From Azolla caroliniana (lineage: Eukaryota; Plantae; Polypodiophyta), in assembly GCA_043228905.1 (NCBI GenBank), contig JBHGNT010000020.1:8742001-8806000 (forward strand): a stretch of 64,000 nt of DNA. Reading direction: 5' to 3'. Positions 35,966 to 49,576 of the stretch are shown here, one piece after another. The notes beneath the pieces were generated by a model, which saw nothing but the letters and a program-made list of their open reading frames with translations, was not told where the DNA came from and ran no database searches. The translations under genes and the position numbers were made by a program. Position 1 is the stretch's first letter. Each line of letters opens with the position of its first letter.

Positions 35966-38900
35966 GACGATTCCTGCAAAGTGTAGAGGACAACCGGGGG
36001 ATGGATGTCTAGACCAAACGACGACCACATCACCGAACGAGGGAGATGATACACCGAACGCGAGCAACGACGGGAATCCCTACAGCAAGCCGTCGATGAG
36101 ATCCGGCGGGATCGGTCATTCTCCAAAACTCTTCGGAGAGTCGCAGAAGAAGCACTACAGTTCCGGGTTCTGCAAATCCCCGACGAAGGCAGTAGCATAA
36201 CAAGCCTGCAAAAGGCGGAAACGATACTGCAGACGCTCGCCGCGGGCGACGGGGACTCGGAAGCATTCGCAACACTTGAGGCGGAGTCGGAAAGCGACGG
36301 AAGCGTTGCATCCCGGTATAAAAGCAGCCACGACACACCAAACGACCGGGAGGACGAGGGGTCGGAAGACTCAGTAACACCGGCGCCAGAGGAAGAAATA
36401 ACCCTGGAATTCGGTGACCGGCAACCGCCGAGGAAGGTTGACCGGATACCAACAACAACCGCGAGGGAACCGAAGGAGCGGATACCGACAACACCCGCGG
36501 AGGAACCAACGGACCGGACACCGGCAACACCCGCGGAGGAACCAAAGGTTCTCACACCAACGCCAACAGCAGACAGAGAACGGAGGGAACAGGAAAGTCA
36601 GTTGGACGACACGATGCCGTACCCATACCCAAAGTACCGGGATGAGGCCGACGCGGAGGCACACGTGTACGCATTCCTCCAAACATGGGAAGCCAACCAT
36701 ATCTCCCAAAGACTGACAGAGCCCGAAGCCGAACGATCCAAAATCGCCGAATTCGGCATAACCTTAGAAGGACCGGCGGCCCAATGGCACGCAAAGCACT
36801 TACCAGGCACCTTTGCCACATTCGATGCCTTGAAGGCCAGATTCCTCAGGTTTTTTCACAGACAATTTGAGCAAAGGGAATTGGTCGGGCAGTTCTACAC
36901 CACCCGGCAGGAAGAGAACGAGACTATGCCACAATTCATCATTCGGTTCCAGACCCTGCACAGCCAACTGACAAGAGCACCACCCGAAGACGAAGCCAAA
37001 GCAGTCTTTCTGGCCGCACTGAAAGAGCCGCTTCGAACAATGTGCGGAGTCCTTGATTTCCAAACCAGCACAATGGACCAAGTTATTGATTGGGTTTTAG
37101 AAATGGACAAGACTAGCCCCTTCTTGTCGATGGGGATGTTACACCGGGCACTCCCAAAAGAGGAAGACCTGAGGTTCCGACAGGCCTTACAATGTACAAC
37201 ATGCCTAAATTCGGGGCACTCAACAGTAGACTGCACCCTGCGGACACAATGTGTGATCTGCAACTCTTGAGCCCATACAACGGACCGATGCGAATACAAC
37301 CTGTTAAATCGGCAGGCAGCACCGGTTCGACACATAGAACCGCGCAATCAGAACCCGGACGAGGATCGATTCCGGAGAGACGACCGCTACCAACGCGAAC
37401 GCGGTAACCGATACGCTGATAGAAGACGCGACAACTATGACCGAGAGGAGAGACGCATAGATAGCTACCCCCGGGACCGGTACGACAGAGACGAATCCCC
37501 GGAAGACGACAGACGCGGAGAAGAGAGGCGACAAGGATACGCTGATAGAAGACGTGACAACTATGACCGAGAGGAGAGACGCAAAGAAAGCTACCCCCGG
37601 GACCGGTACGATCGAGACGGAGCCCCGGAATACGACCGACGCGGAGAAAAGAGGCGACAAGGGAACCGAAATTTCCGACGGAATCAGAAGCGTGGATTTT
37701 TCCGAAGAGAGGAACGTCGGGAGGCAGCAAGGAATGACAACCCGGTATCCGTACCGGATAACCGAAAAACCGAAGACGACCGCCGGAGCATACCCACCCT
37801 CCAAACCGGGGACAAAGGAGAAACGAGCAACAGTCACAAGGTGTACTGTTATTACTGCCGCAAGGAAGGCCACTATAGTAACCAATGCCCAAGCAAAAGC
37901 TATGACAAGCAGCCGGAAGTCAACATGGTTACAGCCGAAATAACAGAAGTACAACAGGTCACAACCCGGTCAAAGGGAAAGACCGCCGAGTGGGAAGCCC
38001 AAGAGGCAATCAGAAAACAAGCGGCACAATGGATCAAGGAGGCCAATGAACAGAATGCGGCAGAAGTAAGAGACCAAAATATGCCAAAAGACGAAGAAAT
38101 CATACAGCCAGGAGAAAACCCGACGTGGCAAGCGCTACAGGACTGTCAAATCGTGCTGCCGTTAGCACGACTACTACAGTTAGTGCCACGATTTACGGGA
38201 GATCTACAGGCATCCGTCAGCAAACCGAAGCCAACGCCAGCACCGGCATTCTTCTCCAACCCGGAGGAAGGACCAGCGGTGGTCGATACAAGTAGCCCGG
38301 CGATCACGACAATCGTGAAAGGAAAGGAAATTGCTGGAACGATTATTGACGGAGGCTCCGAGGTAAATGTCATCAGCCAACAGACATGCAACGACCTGGG
38401 CATCCGGGAATGGGAACCATGCCCCTTCTGGTTACGCATGGCGGATACTAGCTCAGTCCGACCGACCAGGCTTATCCGGGATTTGGAAATCACGATCGGA
38501 GGCCACGTATTCCGGATATCGGCCGTGGTGCTGCAGCTGAATGTACAAGGCGCGTACCCCCTACTGCTAGGACGACCATGGCTGCGAACGGCGCATATCA
38601 AGCAGAACTGGCAAAAGAACATGATCACATTCCGGCGAGGGAAAACAAAGGTACGAGTAACGACGCAACCACGGGTGATCACCAGTAAGGAAGCAACTCC
38701 ATTGTATGCGGAAAGCATTAACATGTTGGAGGGATTACTGGACGAGGAAGTCGAGCGGTACCTCGAGGAACACCCACGAATCGTCCCACTATTTGAGGTG
38801 GATATCACGGCGGCAGTAGAACCGTACATTACGACGCCGGAAGAACCGGACCAAGCGGCGATCCGGGAACTACGACAAGCGCAGGAATCCCTAGAGAGGG

Positions 38901-41900
38901 AAATGACGATATCCCAGAGGGTAAAAGCATCCCAACTCGAGGAGGTGGACCTCGGCACAGCAGACAAGCCCCGACCGGTAAATGTTGCAAAGGAATTGCC
39001 GAAGGAAGAAAAGAAGGCAATGGTAGCATTGTTAACAGACTTCAAGGATGTGTTTGCGTGGTCGTACGAAGACATGCGAGGGTTGGACCCCCAGCTCTAT
39101 CAGCACCAAATTCACCTAAGTACGGACGCGAAACCGATTGCTCAACGCAGGTACCGGATGAATCCGAATTATGCGGCAAAGGTGAAGGAGGAAATTGATA
39201 AGCTCCTCCGGGTCGGATTTATCCGACCGGTCAAGCAGGCAACCTGGCTGAGTCCGATAGTGGTGGTCCCGAAAAAGAACGGAAAAATCCGGGTATGCGT
39301 GGACTACCGAAAACTAAATGCCGCAACAGTGACCGATGCGTTTCCACTACCATTTACGGATGGGGTGTTAGATGCGGTAGCCAGGCACGAAGTTTACAGC
39401 TTCCTGGATGGATTTAGCGGCTACAACCAAATACGAATGAACCCGGCCGTCCAAGAGAAGACAGTGTTCATGACGGAATGGGGAGTGTTCGTCGCGGCCG
39501 TGATGATGTTCGGACTAAAGACGGCTCCAGCGACCTTTCAAAGGATAATAATGGAAATTTTCGAGGAATATATCCCCGGTTTTATGCAGGTCTTCCTTGA
39601 CGATTTCGCGGTCTACAGCTGGCACGGAGAGCATCTCAATCACCTCCGGCTGTGCTTGGAGAAGTGCCGCGAGTACCGATTGAGCCTGAATCCGGCCAAG
39701 TGCGTCTTTGGAGTGGCAAGCGGCAACTTGCTAGGGCACGTGGTGAGTAAGGAAGGAATTGCAGTAGATCCGGATAAAGTCAAGGCGATTCTCGATGCAC
39801 CAGCACCAAGTAACGCAAAGGCTTTAAGCCGGTTCCTGGGCCAAATAAGGTGGCATAGCCGGATGATACGGCACCTCGCGGACTTCGCTACACCGTTACA
39901 TACCGCCGTACATAGGGTACCCTTCCTATGGGCAGAGACGAAGGAGGAAGCCTACAAAGCATTGAAGGTCATGCTGTCGCAAGCTCCGGTGGTGCAACCG
40001 CCGGATTGGAGTAAAAGCTTTCACGTCTTCGTCGACGCGTCGGACGTAGCAATCGGCAGCGTTCTGATGCAACTCACAGAGCCGAAATGGTACCGACCGG
40101 TGTACTACGCAAGCCGGAAACTCTCAAAAGCCGAACGGAATTACTCTACGACGGAACGCGAGGCATTGGGAATGGTGTATAGTGTCACAAAGTACAGGCA
40201 CTATCTGCTCGGAAGGAAGTTTTCCTTCCATGTCGACCATTCGGCACTACTCTACCTGGTCTCGAAGGCATCCCTGACGGGAAAAATTGCACGGTGGACA
40301 CTGCTACTACAGGAATTTGAATTCGACATTTTCCACCGACCCGGGGCGCAGCATGCGGTAGCGGACTATCTAAGTAGACTTGAATCCGGAGAAGCAGGGG
40401 ACGGCGTCCAGGATGAGTTTCCCGACGCCGAATTGTTCCGGATCACGACGAAACCGGCAACGGATACAACGGTAGCCGACGAAGCCACATGGCTAACTGA
40501 GATGCACCAGTTCCTGAGCACCGGAGTTCCCCCGGACAACATGGACCGCGATGAAAGGAAAAGGGTAGCAGTAAGAAGTAGACATTTCTGCTTGGTTGGA
40601 GACACCCTCTATCACAAGGGGGCAGATGGCATCTGGAGACGAGCAGTGCGGAGCGATTAGAAGGATCTAATCCTCAGGGAAGCCCACTGTGGAATTGCCG
40701 GCGGGCATTATGCCGGCGACGCAACCGCTCGGAAAATATGGCAGAGCGGACTGTGGTGGCCGACAACCCTAAAAGATGTCGTGAAGTATAGCAGAGAATG
40801 CGATTTGTGTCAACGACTGGGCCAACCCACAGAGCAGGCCCGGATGCCACAGCACCCGGTCTTGCCCTTAGAACCATTTCAAAAGTGGGGGTTGGACTTT
40901 GTCGGTCCCTTCAAACCACCGGCAATGCGAACCGAAAATCGGTATGTCATAGTGGCGACCGACTATTGCACCAAATGGGTAGAAGCAAAGGCCTTATGGG
41001 ACAACACGGCCGCTTCCACGGCAAAGTTTCTGTACGAATGCATATGGTGCCGGTATGGATGCCCGATCGAGCTTATAAGTGACCAAGGAGGACATTTTCT
41101 CGGGCAGGTAGTAGAAAGCCTGACGTCATTTTACGCGGTGGTACATAAAAAGAGTACACCCTACTACCCTCAAGCCAATGGACTAGCAGAATCAACGAAC
41201 AAAACTCTGCAGAACATCCTACGAAAAATCGTCAACGAGAACCGGACCGACTGGGATACCAAATTGCAAAGCGCGCTATGGGCGTACCGAACAACGTACA
41301 AAACCAGCATCCGGACAACCCCGTTCCGACTAGCATTCGGGTTAGAAGTGGTCATGCCGGTAGAGTTCCAGATCCCCAGCTTACGGATTCAAGTAAAGGA
41401 GCGCTTAAGTGAGAATGAGTCGGAACAAATCCGACTGGCAACGCTGTTGGAATTAGAGGAAAACCGAATAGCCAGCTTACTACAACTCGAACTGGAGCAA
41501 AGGAGGAGAAAAGCCTTCGTGGACCGACACCGGCGTGGCTATGAAAAGGAGTTCGAAGTCGGGAAACCGGTGCTACTATTCCAGACAAGGATGGGGAACA
41601 TGCCGGGAAAGTTGCGGTTTCGATGGACCGGACCGTTCTGGATCACCAAGGAGTACAATGGGTCGTATCAGCTCGACACGTTGTCTGGAGATGTCATCGG
41701 CAAGTGGGCAAATGGATTTCAGCTAAAGCCGTATAAAGGAAATATGCCAGCCAACCCGTTCAAGCGAAACCCGGAAATCCGGCAAGATGAGGAACCGACA
41801 CCGACAGACGCTACTGAAGACATTCGGATCGAGGAAGAACCGACACCAATACTGGCAAGGACCATCCCGGAAAACCGACAGAAGGATCCGGTATCCACAC

Positions 41901-41938
41901 GAACCGACCCGAACAAATCGGGGGGGACCAGCAAATGA
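35966..41938 (+). pseudogene. Athila/Tat-like gypsy gag-pol in a single frame with in-frame stops, 5'-truncated
   Basis: Retrotransposon gag, CCHC, IIDGGS protease, LDGFSGYNQI/FLDD RT, VDAS RNase H and WGLDFVGP integrase. ORFs 36602, 37841 and 40781 share a frame. Confidence 0.92.
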
Positions 41939-42154
41939 CGTGGTCCAAGCAAAATTTAAAAAAAAAAAAAAAAAAAAAAAGACGTGGGCAGAATCGACGC
42001 GAATCATCGTAATGATGGGGAGATCACAAGAGGTGGGAGCGCCACCATGCAACGAAGAGCCGCCATGCATTAAAGAAGGACGTGTGCGAACTTGCTATTT
42101 AAAGCAGGGAACGTGGGTACTCACACGCGGCAAACAAGAAAGGACATACTAATT

Positions 42155-44632
42155 ATGGCGGGAGAAGAACATGCGCGGGAAACGAAAAAGGACGGCTCGA
42201 GGCACAACCCACTATATAAGACACAGGCCTGCGAAGGGCTCACTTTTCACGAATTTTCCTACATACAGGCGCAGAAGCACAGAAGAGCGACTCGACGCAC
42301 AGAGCACACACAGCGCGATCCCGAACAACAGGCAGCAGACGAAGAATTCGAAGAAATGGTACTGTCAGAAGAGGCACCCCAATGGATGAGGGAGAACGGG
42401 TTAAAAGGATTGTTGCGGATCGCCGACGCTCCACCACACGCAGAACCAGAGCTGGCGGTAGCATCGATCGACATATCAGAAGTCACGGAAGGAGCGGTGC
42501 AGGCACTCACGGGGATCAAAGCAGGAGGACTGCAAACAATTGAAAACCCTTCCAGTGAAATCCTGTTCGAATATTTCGGGGAATACTCTATCAGCAGCAA
42601 GGCGTACCGAACGTAGGGCGGAGAGAACCTGTTGTTCGGAGAAGTGGCCCGCGCTATGATGGAATACGGATTCGTGAATCCCCGTCCCCCAGCCATAGCC
42701 AAGTACCGTGCAGCATTCTTGATAACAGCGTACGAGGGCTTACAAATAGACTGGCTCCATTTCATAACCGAAGGATTGAAGGAGGCCATCAAAAATCTGG
42801 TGGAAGGAAAAAAGCCATGGGCCGGGATAGCACAGTGGCTAACGGTGTTAGTCCCACCGGTACTCCCCATCACACAAAAGAAAAGAAGTCGGCAGGAGAC
42901 GACGCCGAAAAAGGTCACAAAGCGCCGACAGATCTTGGAGAAACACACCCCCGGATGGACCCCGCAAGAAGCAGAACAGCAGGGGGAAGGACCATCCCGA
43001 CAGCAACAGGAACCGGCAACAAAGGCAAAACCGGCAGGTAAAGGCAAAGGGAAAGCGGCCGAGGAGGAACTGGTAGCGCGCAAACCAATCCATATAACGC
43101 TGCAACGGCCGGAACCGGAACCAGGGGTCTCTAGACAAAAGGTCCGTCTGGTAACCGCACCGGAGGAGGAAACGGAAACAGAAGACTCATCCGAACCACT
43201 GGTAAGACTCCCAGCAAGACAAGGTCGGGAGAAACGGGCGAAAGGACCGGCTCCACCAGTGGACAGAACTCAACAGAGGGCGCAAGGACCATCTCCAGTA
43301 GCCGAGGCGGAAACAACACCGGAACCCGTACCCAGGGAAGCAGCACCGACACCGGTTGGGCCGGACCTCAGAAAACCGGTCATCCCAGAGAAGAAGAAGG
43401 AACGAGCGCCGGAGCCGGAGCCAGAGAAGAGGCCGGAAAATCAGCCTGGCTTAAGTGAGCAAGGCCACCCCGAAATCGGAAGAACAAAGCCACAATGGCT
43501 GAGATGGCTTTCGGAGCAGTTATCGGGAGTAGCGGACCAGTTAGAGAAAGAAGAAACGTGTCGGCAACAGCTGACGCATACAACAACTCAGGAGTTGGTC
43601 GCGCTCCGAACACAGATCGAGGAAATGCAAGGGGAGCTGTTGCAGGCAAGGTAAGGAATTCAACAAGCACAAGCTGTCACCGAGCCGGTCGGGACAACAA
43701 GGAAGCAACCAGAACCGGAACCGGAACCGGTAGCCTTGCAAACCGGCCCTGAGACCGAAAAAATAATAGAAACCTTACGAGAGGAGTTACAAGCTCAGGA
43801 GGCATTAAGGGAAAGAGAAAGGGAGCAGCGGAAAGCGGTGGAGGATGACAGACGAAAAATGGAAGAAGGCCTCCGGAAAGGTGGAGCCGCTAATGACCGA
43901 CTGCAAGAAGAAAAAGAGAAGCTGCAGAAGGAGAAGGACCGACTACGTCGACATGCCGAACAAGAGATAGAATGACTGCAGGAAGAACTCCGACAACAGA
44001 AGGACCGGGACGATCGGTTAAGAGCTCAGGCAACCCGACGCCTGAAGCAGAAGACGGAGGACTTCGACCGTCTCTACCGAGATCACAAGCAGGCGGAGTC
44101 GGACAACAAAAAACGAGCAGCAGACTACGACCGGCAAATAGAGAAGCTGAAAGAGCAGCTCAAAGAGACCCGATTAGACCTGGCTAAGGCGATGGATGAG
44201 GTCAGTGCCAACAAGGAAGCATTGTCGGCGGAAATAGCCCAAGCAACGGAGAGAAGGAAGGAATTAGAGACGCTAAGGCGGGAAAAGCTGGACCTGACCA
44301 AGATCAGGAATGAAGAAAAGGAAAAATCGACCTTCACGATCAACAAACTGCAGAGTACCTATGAAAAGCAAAAAGCAGATTACGAGGCCCAGGCTCAGAT
44401 AATGGCCGACATTATAAAACGGGAAAGGAAGGAAAAGTAGGAAGCTTATGCGCATGCTAAGGCAGGAGTTGACCGGATCAAGCTCATCATGTCAGGATGG
44501 AGTACCCGAGCTCAGGCAAGTATCAAAAAAAGTACGGAAAAGCTATGGAAGGAGTGGTCACAACAGGCAGCCGAGCTGCAGACACTCCGAGCGGATGCCG
44601 AGAATCGGAAGAAGACCGGTGACAGGTTCTAT
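42155..44632 (+). pseudogene. Extra 3' ORF (over 800 codons, Pro/Glu-rich plus coiled coil) of the Athila/Tat-like element, 3'-truncated
   Basis: ORFs 42092, 42632, 43736, 44192 and 44489 are all in one frame, separated only by stops. Preceded by a poly-A tract and TATTTAAA. Confidence 0.75.
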
Positions 44633-45135
44633 AACCGGTTCATACCGGGTCTGCATCATCCGGCTCTCCGTAGCCGGGTACTCCTCATCCGGTTCATACC
44701 GGGTCTGCATCATCCGGCTCTCCGTAGCCAGGTCCACCTCATACGGTTTCCCATCAGCACTGTTCTTCCCCTTTCCCATCGGAGGGACCTATCTCCCAAC
44801 AACAACCTCCATCGCCATCCAGAATTTTTGCATGCAATTGTTAATCTAGCAAAAGTCATGTGAGCACATATTTAAGATTAAAAGTCAAGCGAATGTAAAA
44901 GCATATGAGTGCAAAATTCATGTGAACCTTGTTTTATCCGACTTGATCACTCTTAGCTCAACATGAGAACCAATTGCATCATCTGTCACAGTTTGTCGAA
45001 GCTCCTTCAAAGATTCAAATTGCCTTCCCTCCAGCAAAGCCGTTCTATGAGAGACATCAAACATCGAAATGAGAGCGAGATAGAGAGAAGAAGAAGAAGA
45101 AGAAAGCATTGGATCTATACAAAACGATGAGAAAA

Positions 45136-48100
45136 TGTTCTTCCCCTTTCCCATCCGGAGGGATCTGTCTCCCAACAAACTCCCCCTTCACTCCGGCATG
45201 GGGTGTCTTCCGGTCCGATCCTCTTCCAGCATGCATCCCGCTTGTCGGGTGTTAGCACTTTGGTCAACATATCTGACCCGTTCTCGGCCGTGTGGATCTT
45301 CGTTAGCGTGAACTGTTGGTCATCTACTCTTTCCCGGATCCAGTGATACCTCCGCTGGATATGCTTCGTCCGGGAATGGTAGGTCGCGTTCTTAGCAAGG
45401 TGGATGGCACTTTGACTGTCGCAGTAGAGTCGGTATTCCTCTTGCCGTATACTGAGCTCTCCGATGAAGTCCTTCATCCATAAAATTTCCTTGCCGGCTT
45501 CCACAACCGCCATGTACTCCGCCTCTGTGGTTGACAACGCAACCGTCTTCTGCAGCCTCAACTGCCACGAAACAGCTCCCCCTGCATATGTCATCACATA
45601 CCCGGATGTAGACCGGCTGGTATCCACATCAGCCGACATGTCCGAATCGGTGAAACCGTCCAGTTGAGGTTTTCTGGAGCCGAATCGGAGACACATATTT
45701 GAAGTGCCCTTCAAATACCGGAGTATCCATTTGACCGCATTCCAGTGCTCCTTACCGGGATTGCTCATAAACCGGCTCACCACTCCAACTGCGTATCCTA
45801 TATCTAGTCGAGTACAAACCATTGCGTACATCAGGCTCCCGACGGCAGAACCATATGGGATCTTCATCATATCCGCCTTCTCTACTTTCGTCTTCGGGCT
45901 TTGCTTACCGGATAGCCTGCAGTTTGCCGGAAGTGTCGATCCGACCGATTTTGCTTCTGACATGTTGAACCGGTGAAGCACCTTTCTCACATACTTCTCC
46001 TGTGACAGCCATAGTTGATTCTTTAACCGGTCCCGAATGATGTGCATCCCCAACATCTATCTTGCCGAACCCAAGCCTTTCATTGAGAAGGTCCGGTTGA
46101 GAGCCTTCTTCAGCATCCGTATTTTTACTTGGTCTCGTCCGACGATCAACATGTCATCCACGTACAGGAGAAGTATCAAGAAGTCTCCTCCTTCGAACTT
46201 CTTCACAAACACGCAGTGATCGACCTGCGTCTTGTGGTACCCTTGATCGGTCATGAAGGAATCGAACTTCCGGTACCATTGACGGGGAGCCTCCTTCAGT
46301 CCGTACAGGCTCTTCTTCAACCGGCATACCAGGTGCTCCTTCCCTTTCTCCACAAATCCTTCCGGTTGCTGCATGTAGATCTCCTCTTCGAGGTCGCCGT
46401 GAAGGAATGCCGTCTTCACGTTCAGCTGCTCTACCTTGAGGTCCATGCTTGCCGCTATACTCAGCACCATCCGGATGGAGGTCATCTTTACTACCGGGGC
46501 AAATATCTCGTCAAAGTCCACGCCCTTCTTCTGCTGGAACCCCTTCACCACGATCCTGGCTTTGTATCTCGGGGGGTTGCCGGCATCTCCCGGTTTAACC
46601 TTGTACACCCACTTGTTTCGGAGTGCCCGCTTCCCTTTCGGCAACTCCACCAATTCGTACGTACGGTTCTCATGCAGGGAATCCATCTCGTCCTGCATGG
46701 CACTTAACCATTTTCGGCTGTGGGTGTCATCCTTCGCTTCTTTGAAGCTTTCCGGCTCCCCCTCATCGGTCAGCAGAACATGCTCTGCATCCGGAAATCG
46801 CCGGGGGGCCCTTCTCTCTCTGAGAGGATATCTCCGTCTTCGGGCTTCGGTAACCGGCTCCTCCATTTGCTCTTCATCCGAATCCGATTCGGGGTCTTGG
46901 CCGGTTCCGATTTCAGCTTCCTCTACTTCTTCTTCAACTGGTTTGGTATCCTCACCGTAACCGGCCGGTTCCTCGAGTGCTAACCGGTCTCTTGCCGGTT
47001 GGGTCTGCTCATCGTAGAGTCTATCCTTACCAGTCGACTCAGAGTTCATTATCTTCTTCTCCGACTCCCAGTCGGCGAGCGTCTTGTCCTCCATGAAGAT
47101 AATATCTCGACTCTGGAATACCTTCTTGTCGATCGGGTCCCACACTAGGTAGCCGAACTCATCGTCACCGTAACTGAGGAATATGCATGGCCGGGCTTTG
47201 GATCTAACTTTCCTCTCCGGTCCTTTGCTACATGCACGTACGCGAGACACCCGAACACCTTCAGATGCCGGTAGGACACTTCCTTACCGGTCCATACTCT
47301 TTGTGGCGTGTCTCCGTCCAGGGGTACTGAGGGTGATCGGTTTATCACGTATGTCGCCGTCGACAGTGCCTCAGCCCAAAACTTCTTGGGTAGGTTTGCA
47401 TGCGCTAGCATACCCCGGACCCTCTCCATTATGGTCCGGTTCATCCTCTCGGCCAGTCCGTTTAGTTCCGGCGTCTTCGGCACGGTAAATTCGAGCCGGA
47501 TTCCCTTCGAGCGGCAGTACTCCTCGAACTGCCCCCGGTACACTCCTCCATTATCTGCTCGAACCGCCTTCAGCTTCCGGCCGGTTTCTCTTTCCACTCT
47601 CGCGTGGAGCTCTTTGAAGACGGATAGCACCTGGTCCTTCGTCTTCAGTGGTGTGGCCCACAGCTTCCGAGTGTGGTCATCTATGAACGTCACGAAGTAC
47701 TGCGCTCCGGCATGTGACTTCGTGTCTACTTGACACACATATGTATGCACCAACTCCAGTGGTACATTACGTCTCATCGGTGGCCTTGGTCGGAAAGAGG
47801 TCCGGTTTCGTTTACCGGCCAGACAATCAGTGCACTTCTCCAAGTGCACATTCTTCACTGGAATGAGGTTGTCGTCTGCAAGACTCTTCATCCCCTTCTC
47901 GCTCATATGACACAGTCTCTTGTGCCAAAGCTCACCGGCAGTGTCGGATGGCACGTTCACTTCTTCCGGACATAACCGGGCATTCATCAGGTACAACGTG
48001 TTTACCTTCCGGGCCTGAGCCACAATCAGGCTCCCTTTGCTGAACTTCATGACACCGTTCCGGATGCTACCTGTGTAGCCTTCATCATCTAGCCGACCGG

Positions 48101-49537
48101 CTGATATCAGGTTCAAGCGAACTTCCGGAACGTGTCGGACATCCTTCAGCAGCAACTTGCATCTGGTTGGTGTTGTCAGCCACACGTCTCCTATGCCGAC
48201 AATTCGGCATGTCCCTTCATTTCCCATCCGGACACAGCCGTGATCACCGGCTGAGTAGGATGAGAAGCATTTCCGGTCCGGGGTAAGGTGGAACGACGCT
48301 CCGGAGTCTACCACCCAGGTCATCTCGTCGCCGGCAAGGTTTATCTCACACTCCTCGGTGATGAGCATCAACTCTTCTTCACTTGCCGCGATTGCCGTCG
48401 TCCCCTTCCGGTCAGGCCCCCTCCAGTCTTTACCGTTCCGGTCCGGGGTCCGCTTCGAATCGGTACCATCGGTCTCCTTATCTTTTCAGAAATGCCGACA
48501 GTTCTTTTGGAAGTGTCCCGGCTTGCCGCAATAGAAGCAAGTAGGCCTCCCCCTTGACTTTGACCGTGTCCCCGACTTCTCCCGGTTCTGAGGACTACGA
48601 TTTCTTTGTCTTCCGTGTTCCGATTCGGTAAGGAGCACTTTGGAGTCGGAGCTCGTATCTTTATCTTTCCGACGCGCCTCCTCATCTAGCAAGCTCGACT
48701 TTACTCTTGCTAGGGATAACCGCTTTCCTTCCAGCCCAGCGTTGCCCAAAGTGACAACCAACGTCTCCCAGCTATCCGGGAGGGAACCGAGCAGGAGTAG
48801 CGCAAGTACCTCATCAGCGAGAGGTACTTCCAATGAAGTTGCCTGGTGGATCAGCCCCTGTAAGGCATTCATGTGCTCCGCCATGCTGGAGCCATCTTGG
48901 TACCGGAGTCTTACTAGCTTCCGGAATACCGACACCTGGTTAACAGCATTTTCGTTCTGAAACATTATGTCGAACTTCTCCCAGAGCTCATGAGCCTTGC
49001 TCTCTTCATTGAAGTTGTTGTAGAGGCTCATGTCGATGAAGCACTGTACGTACGCCGTTGTCTTCATGTGCATCACCTCCCATATTGCGGCGTCGATTTT
49101 GTTCGGTCTCTTGTCCCCGAACTGAACCGGCAGCCAGAGGTCTTTAACCACGAGCATATCCCTCATCTTCGACTTCCACACTGAATAGTTGGAGCCGGTG
49201 AGCTTGAACATGCCGCCAAACGATTCGTCCATTTTCTGTGTTGATTTCGCTCTGATACCACTTGATGGGAACTGATCGTTCCTTATGCGTAACGTTCGCC
49301 ACAACCGAGATTCTTTTCATACACAGAAAACAAGAAATGAAGTGCGACACAAAGGAGAGGAAGATACATAGGAGGTTAACGTGGAAAATCCCAAACAAGG
49401 GAAAAAAAAAAACCACGGCAGCCCACAGGCTGCAAACTGTCACTATGTATGAATGTACAAAAGAGTGAGTTCACGGAGGCAACGACCTCGGACTCACGAT
49501 CTTCGCCATAGGCAGCGGTTACAACAGAGGCAACGAC

Positions 49538-49576
<39 letters not shown>

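Larger units (their letters stand above)
35294..44801 (-). mobile_element. Copia LTR split into 35294-35965 and about 44635-44801; flanks GCAAC/ACAAC
   Basis: Both parts match LTR 49263-50064, and MULE sequence resumes after the near-perfect 5-bp TSD. Confidence 0.85.

Noticed and set aside
38146-39075. 309-aa antisense ORF and other long antisense ORFs within retroelements
   Set aside because: Reverse-frame shadows of GC-rich pol/gag sequence.
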